A stretch of 64,000 nt of DNA, from the NCBI RefSeq assembly GCF_021028975.2, contig NC_059431.1, positions 82,708,001 to 82,772,000 on the forward strand. The letters run 5' to 3'. The stretch's first letter is position 1; the number at the start of each line of letters is the position of its first letter. This DNA is from Sphaerodactylus townsendi (Eukaryota). A program made the position numbers and the translations under genes. Below the pieces are notes generated by a model. That model was not told the DNA's origin, searched no databases, and saw nothing but the letters and a program-made list of their open reading frames with translations. Of this stretch, positions 11,931-22,865 are shown in pieces.

Positions 11931-12829
11931 GCAAACTTTAGCAAAGTTGGCTTAGTTGACTTATTGTATATCTCTCTGCCTTTATTTTTCTTTTAAACAA
12001 GATTACTCCTATGGAAGATGCATAATTATTTCTTTTACAGGTACACTCTGTCATCATATTAATCAATCCCACAAGGGAACTTGTAACAATAAACCTACAA
12101 TAAAATCTAAATCATTCCAGGAATTTCTCAACCTAGTTCTGGAAAACTCAGCAGGTTTGCAATCTAGTCTGAGCCTACTTGGATTCCAGCTCCAGTGTGC
12201 AATTTTTCCAACTGCTGCTTAGACACTAACATACTTCAGAATGTGATTCATGTTATGTCACCAAATTTATAATATTCTGATCAAAACCTAAAGCTTGTCA
12301 GTCATCCTTCCTCTTCACAAAATGCAATTCTAAGTTCACTGTAACATCAAATACTATATCTGTAAATGAATATATAAACACTGGTGTTTTAAATTACATT
12401 TTGCATGGTTTTTTTTAAAAAATGAACTAATTACTAAATAATCAGAACATCTAGTATTTATAAATTCATTAAACAAACAGACAACAGATGGCACTGCTTG
12501 TTACAGGGATGCATTTCTCTCCTGGGTTCACAAAACTGCTGTGAGTTTTTAAAATGGATATTTTCATCACATGTTCAGCATTCTACATGTTCTAGAAAAA
12601 TATTATGCTTTTATAAAAAGAGTTATTGATTGCATACATCCAAAGGGACTGAAAGGAAGGAGATGTCCGAATTACTGTGCTGGTTTGTTCAATACTATAT
12701 GATCAAATCAACTGCACAGAAACTCAATGTTTATGCTTTTTAATAAGGGCAATAAATTACTGAATTCCAGAGGCTCAGAAATTTTATTGTATTGATGTAC
12801 ATAAATTATCATGTTAAAAAACCCACAAA

Positions 12830-13893
12830 CGGGGGCAGAGCTTCGGACATGTAATGGGGGGTTGAACCCAAGAACCCCCTTTACCTATGTCCTTGCCTGC
12901 AGGGGGTGTAATTTTAGGCTAGCAGCACCAAAATTTCCGGGTTTTTTTGGGAGACTCTCCTGATGCCACTACCCAGGTTTGGTGAGGTTTGGTTCAGGGG
13001 GTCCAAAGTTATGGACTCCCAAAGGAGGTGCCCCATTCCACATTGTTTCCAATGGGAGCTAATAGAAGATGGGGCTACACCTTTGAGGGTCCACAACTTT
13101 GGACCCCTGAACCAAATGTCACCACACCTGGGTGGTATCATAAGCAGAGTCTCTTACTGATATCACCCAGGTTTTGTAAAGTTTGGTCCAGGGGGTCCAA
13201 AGTTATAGAGTCCCAAGGGGGTGCCCCATTCCCCCATTGTTTCCAATGAGAGCTATTGAAGATGGGGGCTACACCTTTGAGGGGCCATAACTTTGGAGCC
13301 CCTGAACCAAACTTCACTAAACCTGGCTGGTATCATTAGGAGAATCTCCTAAAGATACCCTGAAAGTTTGGTGCTGCTAGCTTAACAATTGCACCCCTTA
13401 CAGCAGGAACCCCCCAAGTTTCCCCAGATTCTCCCTTTAAATCCACCCCCTTCGGCATGGATTTAAAGGGAGAATCTGAGGTTTCCAGTTTAAACATTGC
13501 ACCCCCAAACAGCATCACTTTCAATGTTTTAACTGGGGATCCCATATTCTCCCTTTAAAGTGGATTTAAAAGAATTTGTGCTCTCTAGTTTGAACACCAT
13601 TGAAAGTGATGCTGTTTGGGGGTGCCAAACTCAGATTTTGCACCGGGCTCCATTTTCCCTAGCTATGCCTCTGCCCAGAGGGGAAGACAGAAGGGGCTGC
13701 CGGCTGGGAGCCCAGCTGGTGGGGAGGTGGAGGGCGGGGCAGGGAAGTCTGCCATCCCCGGCCTCTGAGAGCTGCTTTTATAAGCACTGAGGCCGGAGTG
13801 GGGCTTGGGGAAGCATGGCCATGCCTCCAGGGGTGGGTGGGGGCATGGCTCTGCCCTGAACCCTCCCCATAAAAAATCTATAGCTACATCCCT
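12830..13893. mobile_element. Non-autonomous DNA element with an expanded palindromic cassette
   Basis: Two full GGTCCAAAGTTAT...ATAACTTTGG hairpin units plus GGAGAATCT/AGATTCTCC inverted repeats. Right end AGCTACATCCCTG is hAT-like; left end uncertain. Confidence 0.55.
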
Positions 13894-15484
13894 GGCCCTT
13901 ACTGCACATTCTCCATCATCAGCTTGCTTTTCTTTTCATATTCTTACCCCATTCACACTAGCAAACTAACAGAAAGCTCTTCATCCCCAGCAAAACCCAG
14001 GAGAGAACAGCTAGCTTTAAAAACTGAAGAAGTATGAGTGGGTACTAGGGAATGGGTACTAGGGTACTGTAGGTAGCATGGAGCCCATTAGCACTGCGCT
14101 GGAGAACCCTGGGTTACTTTTTTAGAGAATAATTATACGCAGGTGCACTCAGAAGTAAGTTCTATGTTCTTCAACTGTGTGCTTGCTTACTCATAGTCTT
14201 TTGAAGTGCAGTTTTACAGTATAGCCCTATGCAAATATATGCCATTTCTGTCTATTTTTTGATCAGAATAATCGAAAATAAAGAAGGCTTCTAGCAGCCT
14301 CAAGATTCAGTTTTATCAATTCAATTACTTGTTTGTTACAATTCATCAAATGTGCATACCTTGTGTTATATTTTTGCTGTAGACATCTTCTCTGTAATGT
14401 AAATTATGAGGGGAAAGTGGCTGACTAATCTAAATTCCTCAATTTATTCATATTCAATAAAAAGCCATTCATCAGCTTAAACTCTGTTGTGAGTTTAAAT
14501 AAAATCAAAGCCACTTGGGACAAAAAGAAATTGCTCTTCTTCCCTAGCAAATCAGTTGGTGGAAAAATAATAAACAGGTTACTAAGGATTCTACGTTCTA
14601 AAATACTAGTGTAGACACCAGCAGGCTTTAAGGAAATTATTTAAAGCACATAAAAAGAAATTCCTATGTCTGTTTTATAGACTATATGGGGAAATTACTA
14701 CTTATTACTTAAAACCAATTTGCAAAATATATTTTTATTAAAAGAATTATGCTCAAATTTTGATTTGATTAAAGTTTGATAAATAGCTATACTTTGATAA
14801 ACCACTCATTTTTCAAACAATAATATTATTATATATGCCTAACAATATTCAGAATCTTTCTTACTCTGCTCTCCAAGTTTACTGTTTCTGTAATTTTACA
14901 AAGCAGTGGAAGAGAGAATGTACACAATTAATATTTAAAAAGTGCACCCAACAGAGAATGCCAGCTGAGACCACTGAAGAAATATGGTAGCAAATAAAGA
15001 AAAACGCAGAAACCCACAATGAAACAAACTTGAGAAAAGTAGTTATTGCTACATCATTGGAAAATATTTTTGGGAATAAGATTTCAACTTGATTAACTAC
15101 AAAAACTTCTTAATCAACAGTTACTATAACAAATAGGGCATATGTTCTACTAGATGCTGGTAGAGACTGAGCCTTGTCCTTAGCAATATGACTATTTATC
15201 CAGGCCTCTAAGCAATTAGCCACAAAAAATCTTGCCATAGTAGTATGCATCTTAAAATTCAATTGAACTTACAATAAACTTGTTGAGTAACTAAATCCAC
15301 ATCAGCATTTCTCTCTAAAGATTTCTGGATCCCAATAATATAAATACAAAACAAATAGTAAAGTCAATGAGAACATATATTGGGGGGGGGGATAATAAAT
15401 GCATAACCTTTCAAAGGGCCATTTTTCCCTCACAGTGGAATGAAGTGCAGTGGAGAGAAAGAATCATTTTTGCATTTCTATTGC

Positions 15485-16185
15485 GTGCAGATGTGTGGAC
15501 TTCGCTTTGCCCAGTAATGACAAGATAACTCTTATTTGTTGGAACAGAAATGGCTGCAGCCTGGTTTATTAATAACAGTAACTGTAGGAAGCTGGGCGAG
15601 CATAAACGGGACACATCCTGGCCACCAGTCAGAGTACCACTAAACCTGGCCATGGTCGGCCTCAAGCTGACACCTCCCGGCCCTTCAGGCAGCGAACCGC
15701 TGAACCCGGCACTGTCCCCCATGGGAATCGGAACAGGAGGTTTCTAGATGCCACTTGGGCGCCTATCCATTTGTGACACCCCCTCCTGCCGGGAGTAGCG
15801 AGCTCGAGACAGGACCAAGGCCTGCACCCTCAAGCCCTCCACTACCCCCAGACCTGTTATTGAGGCCCCCGCCGCGGGAAGGGCTTACCAATAAGGATGT
15901 GCCCCTATGCCCCAAAAAACTGCCCAGACTGCGACAAAAGCATAACATTAAATAACATACATAACACTGCCACATCACTTAGGGAGGGAGGGTAGGGCTG
16001 CTTGCTTGCAGCCTCGTGAAGAGGTTGAGCCAAGCCAGACACAGGCTTATATAGCCTGCCCGGCTCCCTTGCCACATGATGGTTCCAACCGTCACATGAC
16101 CACCCTCCGAGGCATAAGGGGAAGGAGAGCAGCCGCTCGATCCTCCCCTGCCACAACGGCGCTCCGGGTGAGTCCGGGTGTGCTT
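15485..16185 (-). mobile_element. Solo terminal repeat of a probable DIRS/Ngaro-like retroelement
   Basis: Co-linear with 55920-56615 (CTGAACCCGGCACTGTCCCC, GACCTGTTATTGAGGCCCCC, CTGCGACAAAA, AGGGAGGGAGGG). Minus strand has TATATAAG and AATAAA...GCTGCAGCC. Repeat status is seen directly; the family is inferred. Confidence 0.5.
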
Positions 16186-16198
16186 TTTACAATTGGGG

Positions 16199-16801
16199 TA
16201 GAGATGCACCAAAACCAGCATTTTTTGGATTTGGATATATTAGACCAGGACACTTCTGGAATTTCTGAAGAATCCCTAATCCCTATCTGGGTATGCCCCC
16301 CACCCCAATGGCTTTTTCAAGAATCCTGAAAAAAATCAGCTCCATTATACTTTATGGAGAATCTTTCCAGAACTCTGAGGATGCCTTTTTTTAAATTAGA
16401 GGCACCAAATTTACAACACAGCTGCTGGAAACTCTCCTTGAAGATCCTCACTCCTCCAAGTTTAGTAAAGATTGGGTCATGGGGTCCAATTTTATTGGCC
16501 CTCATAAATCCTCCATATGCTGCAAATATGGTGCTTCTACCTTAAAACTAGCTCCCACCATTAACAAAGCCCCCAAAAGATTCTGCATAGCCTTTGATGG
16601 AGATGAAAGGGAGGGGGAGAGATGTTAATGTTTAAGTCCTTGTGAAACCTGGCCCAAACCAAAGAGAGTTTTTTTTTCTTATCAGGATTTTTTCTTTGTG
16701 CTGTAGGTGAGGATCTCTAAAATAAAACTTTGGGGGGATTGGGATTTTCGACTACAGTTAGGCACCTTTTCTGGTTCAGACTGACTGAATGAACATCCCT
16801 A
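16199..16801. mobile_element. hAT-Ac-like non-autonomous element with a diverged cassette copy (about 16340-16510)
   Basis: TAGAGATG ... CATCCCTA ends resemble the Ac-type TAGGGATG TIR. No TSD match. Confidence 0.4.
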
Positions 16802-17757
16802 TTTACAGAAGTGAGAACAAAGCCCAAAGGTACATACTTCTGAGTTTCTGTGCTTTAAGGATCATTCTTTGTTGTCTGCTGAGTACAAGACACAGGAGAG
16901 GGAAGAGAATCAGGAGATTCCTGGGCATACATTTCCACAGAAGACAGCCTCAGATTTACCTGGGGTTGGGTTGTGATGGCAGAAGAGTGGACTGGGACTA
17001 GGAAGGAGATTGTGCCCCTGGTCATAGTTCAGAGTCTTATGGTGACAGTGTGAAGACCACCTGGGAGGAGTCTTAAAACATTTCTGGCCAGCCAGCCAAT
17101 TGATAGCAACCTGAGTCAGCTCACTGGGGTGGAGCAGAGACCATCTGAAAGACAGTATTTCTTTTGATCTGTGCCTTCTCTTTATTAAGCCATGCTGTGG
17201 CTACAACATTTTTTTTTAAGAATACTCATCTTGTTCTAAAACCTCTTTCTTAAAAATGGATTTAGCATTATGCAGTAAAGATATTTAAGACAAGTGTGGT
17301 ATGCTTTTGTTGCAATTTGACAACAAACGTGGACAGGGATATTTCAGCAAATGAAACTGCAAATTCAGCAAATGTAACAGAACATTGCAAATGAAATCCA
17401 TAATATTTTTGTAATTTTTTGACTGTTCCTTACTACATTCTTTTTACAGGTTTTGCTTTAATAAAGAAGTTAAAGGAGTTACAGTTCTCTGAGGAGAAAT
17501 ACTGCCCAGGTAATAAGCGACACTATTGACAGCCTTGTAAGACTCTTTGATTACCTTTTGTCTTCAGCAATTGATTTGTTGTCTCTTAAATGCTTCCTCC
17601 CCTTGTGCCATCCCCACATGTCACTTTGCTATAAAAACTGAGACATAGCACTGAAGGAAGTGCCACTGGAGATGTGAAGAACACATTCCATTCAGCAAGA
17701 TTTTTTTTCTTAATTTTAGCATGGGAACACATATTTAAGATCATGTTTCCTTTATAA

Positions 17758-17943
17758 CAGTGGTTCTCAACCTGGGGGTCAGGACCCCTTTGGGGGTCTA
17801 ACGCCCCTTTCACAGGGGTCGCCTAAGATTCTCTGCATCAGTGTTCTCCATCTGTAAAATGGATAAATGTTAGGGTTGGGGGTCACCACAACATGAGGAA
17901 CTGTATTAAAGGGTTGCAGCATTAGGAAGATTGAGAACCACTG
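17758..17943. mobile_element. SPIN (Space Invader; URR1-like) hAT MITE
   Basis: CAGTGGTTCTCAACCTGGGGGTCAGGACCCCTTTGGGGGTC...CCTTTCACAGGGGTCGCCTAAGA and GGTTGGGGGTCACCACAACATGAGGAACTGTATTAAAGGG...GAGAACCACTG match SPIN/URR1 ends as I recall them. TSD CTTTATAA/CTCTACAA (6 of 8). Confidence 0.85.
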
Positions 17944-18149
17944 CTCTACAAACTAAATCCAAATGGCAGTTCACGTAGTGAAGCACTAGATCAAAGATCC
18001 AAACCAGGCAAATAGTTCTGGGATCTGAAAGGGTGGTGACTAAGCAGGGGAAAAAATATTGGTACAAATGGATAACTGAATGAAGATTTCCATTGGGTCT
18101 GATGAAAAGGGATGCTTCATTGCAAGAATCAGTAAGAAAAAAAGACTGA

Positions 18150-18705
18150 AAATGTAATGATGCTGTTACCTACCATGCAGCTATATGTGAAATACTGTGT
18201 ACTGTTCTGTCATGAAGTTGAATAAAGTTCCAAAAAGAAAAATCAAAAAGGATAAGGAATTGGAACACCTTCCTTTTGAAGGGAGATTAAAGCATTTGAA
18301 TCTTTTTAGTTTACAAAATAGATAACTGGAGAAGGCATTGCATAGAGTTTATATAACCTTACATATACAACTGGACACAATTTGTCCTTTTCTGTTAGTA
18401 CTAGAAACTGTGATCACCCAATGACAATGACTGGGAGTAAATTTGGGACTGACAGAAAGAAGTATACACAATGTGTATGAATTTACTTAATTTGCTAACT
18501 CAATGTTACTACTGAATTAGATGACTTTAAATGGAACCTCTATATTTGGAGACAGGATGCCTCTAAATACCAAACAAGGAGGCATATTTCTGCCCACATT
18601 CCCTACATGTGAGCTTTCTTAAGGTATCTGTTTGACCATTGTTGTATCTGAAACAGGATGCCAGACTAGGCAGGCCCTGAGTCTGATCCAATAGATATGT
18701 TCTTA
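18150..18705 (+). mobile_element. CR1 LINE 3' fragment, old
   Basis: Degenerate CR1 RT C-terminus (LEHLPFEGRLKHLNLFSL) and a 3' UTR ending CTGATCCAATAGATATGTTCTTA. Confidence 0.75.
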
Positions 18706-18969
18706 AAAAGAAAAGGGTTTATTAGATTTAGACTTCTACAGAAGTTATTGTAGTGGAAATGTGGAAGACATTTTGGGGAGTTGGGCAATGTGCCACAATT
18801 CTCCTCTGTGCCTACTGCACCTTTTCCTGATCAAGTGGCTTGGCTTAAGTAATGATTTATTTGCTTACCATTACTTTAAATTTGAGAATATGTGTTTTTA
18901 AGGCACAGGATGCAGAAGGTAACCAGCCAACACTTGGAAGTCCTGGAATATGTTATCCCTCCCCAAATT

Positions 18970-19327
18970 TGAGAAGGATCCACTCAGCAGCCGTCGTGGT
19001 AACAGCAGAAGCAGTTAAGGAAAAGAAAACGCAGGAACCCAGGCATTGTTCACTTCAAAGAACAGAAGGGTTTTATTCCTTGTTTCCAAAATCACAAAAC
19101 AGTCTGACAGAGTGCAGCGCAGCAACTGGATAACCAAAGCACGCATAGAGCAAACTGTTCTGTGCATATATATGTAGACATACAACCAATCAGGGAGTAG
19201 TGATGCAATCACACTAGATATGCTTAGTCATGGTTGCATCACCCACCTGAAACTAGGTGAAAGGTGGAGGATTGCATCAGCCAAGCTGTCAAGTAGATTT
19301 TGCTGATCTAAGTGTCAAGTCCTAACA
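18970..19327 (-). repeat. Copia 3' LTR
   Basis: Direct repeat of 22475-22832 with about 5 substitutions. TATATATG and AATAAAA on the minus strand. Confidence 0.97.
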
Positions 19328-19335
19328 CCCCTTCC
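19328..19335 (-). promoter_or_regulatory. Polypurine tract
   Basis: GGAAGGGG on the minus strand, directly before the 3' LTR. Confidence 0.8.
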
Positions 19336-19343
19336 AAAAACTA

Positions 19344-20015
19344 CTATGACAGTACCTTTATTACTTTCAGCTGTTCTAACATTGTCTGATGCTTACTCTG
19401 TGACACAGCTTTAGTAAACACATCAGCAACATTTCTCTCTGTCTCAACATAGGCAAGTTGAATAGTTCCATTCTGTACTTGCTCTCTAACATTCTGGTAC
19501 TTTACTCCTGTGTACTTAGTTCTCCTGATGTTTAAGCATGCATCAGCAACAGACTTCTTAAACCCTAGTTTAAGCAATGTACTGTTCAGTTCATCATACC
19601 AGTTAGCACCAGCTTGTTTTAGACCATACAAAGAACGATGCAAAAGATAAACAGTATTTGGGTCTGCTTCTTCATACCCTGGTGCAGGTTTCAGATAAAT
19701 TGCTTCCTTCAATTTAGCATTTAAAAAAGCACACTGGAAGTCATAATGCTTCACCATAAAGCCTTTCTTACTAGCTAATGCAAGCATAGCTCTCAAAGAC
19801 TCAGGTCGTGCTGTGGGGGAATAGGTCTGGTCATAATTCAGCAAACAGTCTTGCAAAACCCCCTGGGCGACAAGCCTAGCTTTGTACCTTTGAGTACCAT
19901 TTGGCAACTCTTTCCTCCGAAACACCCACTTTGACCCAATTGCCTCCTCTCCTTCTGGCAAAACAGTCTTGGTAAACACCTGTTGTTGCACTAAGGTATT
20001 ATACTCCTCAGCCAT
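19344..20015 (-). pseudogene. pol: Copia RT N-terminal half fused in frame to the RNase H C-terminal tail
   Basis: KWVFRRK, RYKARLVAQG, DFQCAFLNA and SLYGLKQAGANW are present, then a jump to RTKY...NVADVFTKA. No YVDD motif. Confidence 0.9.
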
Positions 20016-20074
20016 AGCTTCACGCCAGAGCTCTATTTCAGCTGGCGGTAGCTTTAATATCTCTTTATAGGAGC

Positions 20075-21362
20075 TTGGCTCTGATACCTGTGCTTGACAA
20101 ACATAGACGTTTTGAGAAAACCCATACCTGTCAGGAGAATTTATCGCTTTATGTGGGGCCTATCAGAGGTCACGAGGGCACTTTAATTTGTTTCCTCATC
20201 TTCGCTTCACTTTCACTGCTGAGTGTCCGCTTGTCTTGCACGGCCCTTCCCCCTTCTCGAAACTTTCTTTCTTGGACGCTTGCCACTGCTAGAAGCAGTT
20301 GGTTGACCTTGAGCACTTTAAGGCAATGTCACTGCCAAGCGGTTCTGGTAACCCCTTCATGCTGAGTGAAAAGTAACCGAGCCACTTTAGTATTGGCATG
20401 GATAGTTTTGTTTCTGCATGCTTTTTCAAAGTTTTACTTCAAGAGATCCACAACCTTCCCTTAGGAATGTACAGCGAAAACCTTTTGTCTCGGATTCGCC
20501 CAATAGCGAGAGCTCAATGTGTGCCACCTCAGATCCCCCTTCAGCCTTTGGAAGTCGGGTATAGAACACTGCTTTCGCTACCAAGAGATATACTGCAAAT
20601 AGATCCAGGAGATGGATCTTTCTGAGTACAACAAAAAATAAAGAGTCTGGTTTACACTAGAAGACCAATACTCCTGTTAGTCAAATCATTGCGGCAGTGT
20701 TGGTATGCCTTTCTTTCTCCAACCAGTTCTGGAACCCAGAACCAAGGAAGTCACCTCCTCTATCTGTCGCGGAGTGCAAGCCACTTTATGCGAAAACTGT
20801 CAATGGCGCCACCGTTACCACCCACTCACTTTGGAACCTTAGGTGGCCTCAACTTTGGATTTCCAGAGGAAAAGACATAAAGGTGAACCTGCTATAGTCA
20901 TCCGCGAAAACCATGCTTGAGTATTTTGCATGCCCCTGGCTGCGTTGAAATGGTCAAAAGCAAAGATCTGCATAAATTAAAGCCGAATGGCCTATCGGAC
21001 TGTCACAGTGCTTTTCATGCTTGTAGAAGGAGAGTACGCTACTTCAGCCTTACTGCACGAAGGCTGGAAGTCAAGATGAAAGAATTAGGCAGGACTTGGC
21101 TTTCAAACCACACAACCTGGATATGTTTCCTAGCGCACTTTGGAATTGGCATGTCCCTGCTTTACGAGATGCATATAATGAATACAGTCATGCATTTTTA
21201 TAGGTTTGTTAACTGCATTAGCCATGCTTTGCCCTACTGAAGCATTGTTGCCCAGCTGATAAAGGTTATTCTGCGAAATTATGCCCGTGGCACAGACTCT
21301 CCGCTTGTTTCTTAATAGGAACAGGTCCTGCCCACTAAATTCCACCACATAACCCTCAGCTG
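20075..21362 (-). pseudogene. Copia integrase region, heavily frameshifted
   Basis: Pre-integrase-like segment in ORF 21130-21366 and VFADDYSRFTF near 20880-20915. No continuous frame. Confidence 0.75.
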
Positions 21363-22397
21363 TCAATCTTTACAACACTTTAACGAAAACAAACAAAATT
21401 CAAATGAAGGCACAAAATATACATTACTCAGAGAGCCATTTAAAGCAGGAACAAATGTTGATCCTTGTAGTTGCACCTTTGCTGCGGTGCCATCAGCTAA
21501 ACAAACATGGTCAATAACAGGTTGGCGCACATGGTCAGTAAGGAGACTTTCCTTATTCACTATATGCTCAGAACAAGCACAGTCAATGAGCCATAGTGAG
21601 TTGGAGTCCTTCCCCTTGCTTGTTACCAGGAAAGCAGATGCTTGTGATTCCTGTCTATTAGCCTTCGCTTTCCAAGGTGGCTTGTTCTTCCTCTGCGCCA
21701 CTTTTGCATTTGTACAGGCCCGTGCAAAATGGCCCTGATTCCCACAACGAAAACATTTTTTCACAGCACAGGAAGTAGGGACAGCAGAATCAGCAGGAAA
21801 ATCCCTCTGCGATGATTTCTCAGCCGTGCTCTCGAGCTGGTAGTCCCTCTGCTTCTGGTGGTCTACCAGCTTGGCAGTGACATAATCCAAAGTCAGCATA
21901 GACTCCGCGACACTCTGGAAACTGCATACCAACTGGTCCCAGCTGCTATCCAACGATGACAGCAACAGATAAACTTTGTGGGAGTCTTCAAACTGTAAAC
22001 CTTGATCAGCGAGCTGTGCAAACAGTTCACGCATCTGCTTCAGATGCTCAAACACAGATCCTCCTGGCCTCATTTTGAGATTGTACAGTTGTCTTGTGAG
22101 GAGGACCTTTGCCCCTGCCGACTCACATTGATAGATGCCTTTCAAAGCAGCCCACGCCTTGGCTGCAGTCTCAGCTTCTCGCAGATAAACTAACTGTGAG
22201 TTTTCCACTGCTAGCACAATAGACTCACGTGCTTTTTCATCTGTATGTCGCTCAGCAACCGTAGGGGCTGCTGGAGGGGTAGAGATAACATTCCACAGTT
22301 CCTCGCGAATGAGATAGCTCTGCATCTTCTGGCTCCAAGCCACATAATTATGCTCATTCAGCCTCTCAAACAGCAATCCGGACATTGTGGAAGCCAT
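21363..22397 (-). CDS. gag: Copia Gag plus aspartic protease region (about 344 aa)
   Basis: ATG in GCCATGG context at 22397. LNEHNYVAWSQKM, copia gag core (HLKQMRELFAQL, LLLSSLDSSW), CCHC knuckle CFRCGNQGHFARAC, protease-like WLIDCACSEH. Confidence 0.88.
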   Translation of the reverse strand: MASTMSGLLFERLNEHNYVAWSQKMQSYLIREELWNVISTPPAAPTVAERHTDEKARESIVLAVENSQLVYLREAETAAKAWAALKGIYQCESAGAKVLLTRQLYNLKMRPGGSVFEHLKQMRELFAQLADQGLQFEDSHKVYLLLSSLDSSWDQLVCSFQSVAESMLTLDYVTAKLVDHQKQRDYQLESTAEKSSQRDFPADSAVPTSCAVKKCFRCGNQGHFARACTNAKVAQRKNKPPWKAKANRQESQASAFLVTSKGKDSNSLWLIDCACSEHIVNKESLLTDHVRQPVIDHVCLADGTAAKVQLQGSTFVPALNGSLSNVYFVPSFEFCLFSLKCCKD

Positions 22398-22460
22398 GGC
22401 AATAGCTGAGTCACACAGCATGCAGTACACTCACTGTTACTCACGAGTAGCACGTTGGAG

Positions 22461-22474
22461 CTGGGCCCATAACC
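22461..22474 (-). promoter_or_regulatory. Primer-binding site for an initiator tRNA-Met half-molecule
   Basis: GGTTATGGGCCCAG immediately after the 5' LTR, the Drosophila copia-type PBS. Confidence 0.9.
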
Positions 22475-22832
22475 TGAGAAGGATCCACTCAGCAGCCGTC
22501 GTGGTAACAGCAGAAGCAGTTAAGGAAAAGAAAACGCAGGAACCCAGGCATTGTTCACTTCAAAGAACAGAAGGGTTTTATTCCTTGTTTCCAAAATCAT
22601 AAAACAGTCTGACAGAGTGCAGTGCAGCAACTGGATAACCAAAGCACGCATAGAGCAAACTGTTCTGTGCATATATATGTAGACATACAACCAATCAGGG
22701 AGTAGTGATGCAATCACACTACATGTGCTTAGTCATGGTTGCATCACCCACCTGAAACTGGGTGAAAGGTGGAGGATTGCATCAGCCAAGCTGTCAAGTA
22801 GATTTTGCTGATCTAAGTGTCAAGTCCTAACA
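22475..22832 (-). repeat. Copia 5' LTR
   Basis: TGTTAGGA...TCCTTCTCA on the minus strand; repeat of 18970-19327. Confidence 0.97.
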
Positions 22833-22865
22833 AAATTAGCAATGAATACAGGTGTAAGACCTCCT

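Larger units (their letters stand above)
18970..22832 (-). mobile_element. Ty1/Copia LTR retrotransposon, both LTRs present, internally deleted (3863 bp)
   Basis: Two 358-bp TG...CA LTRs, 5-bp TSD AAATT (18965-18969, 22833-22837), PBS, PPT, and gag-PR-IN-RT-RH order. Confidence 0.97.
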
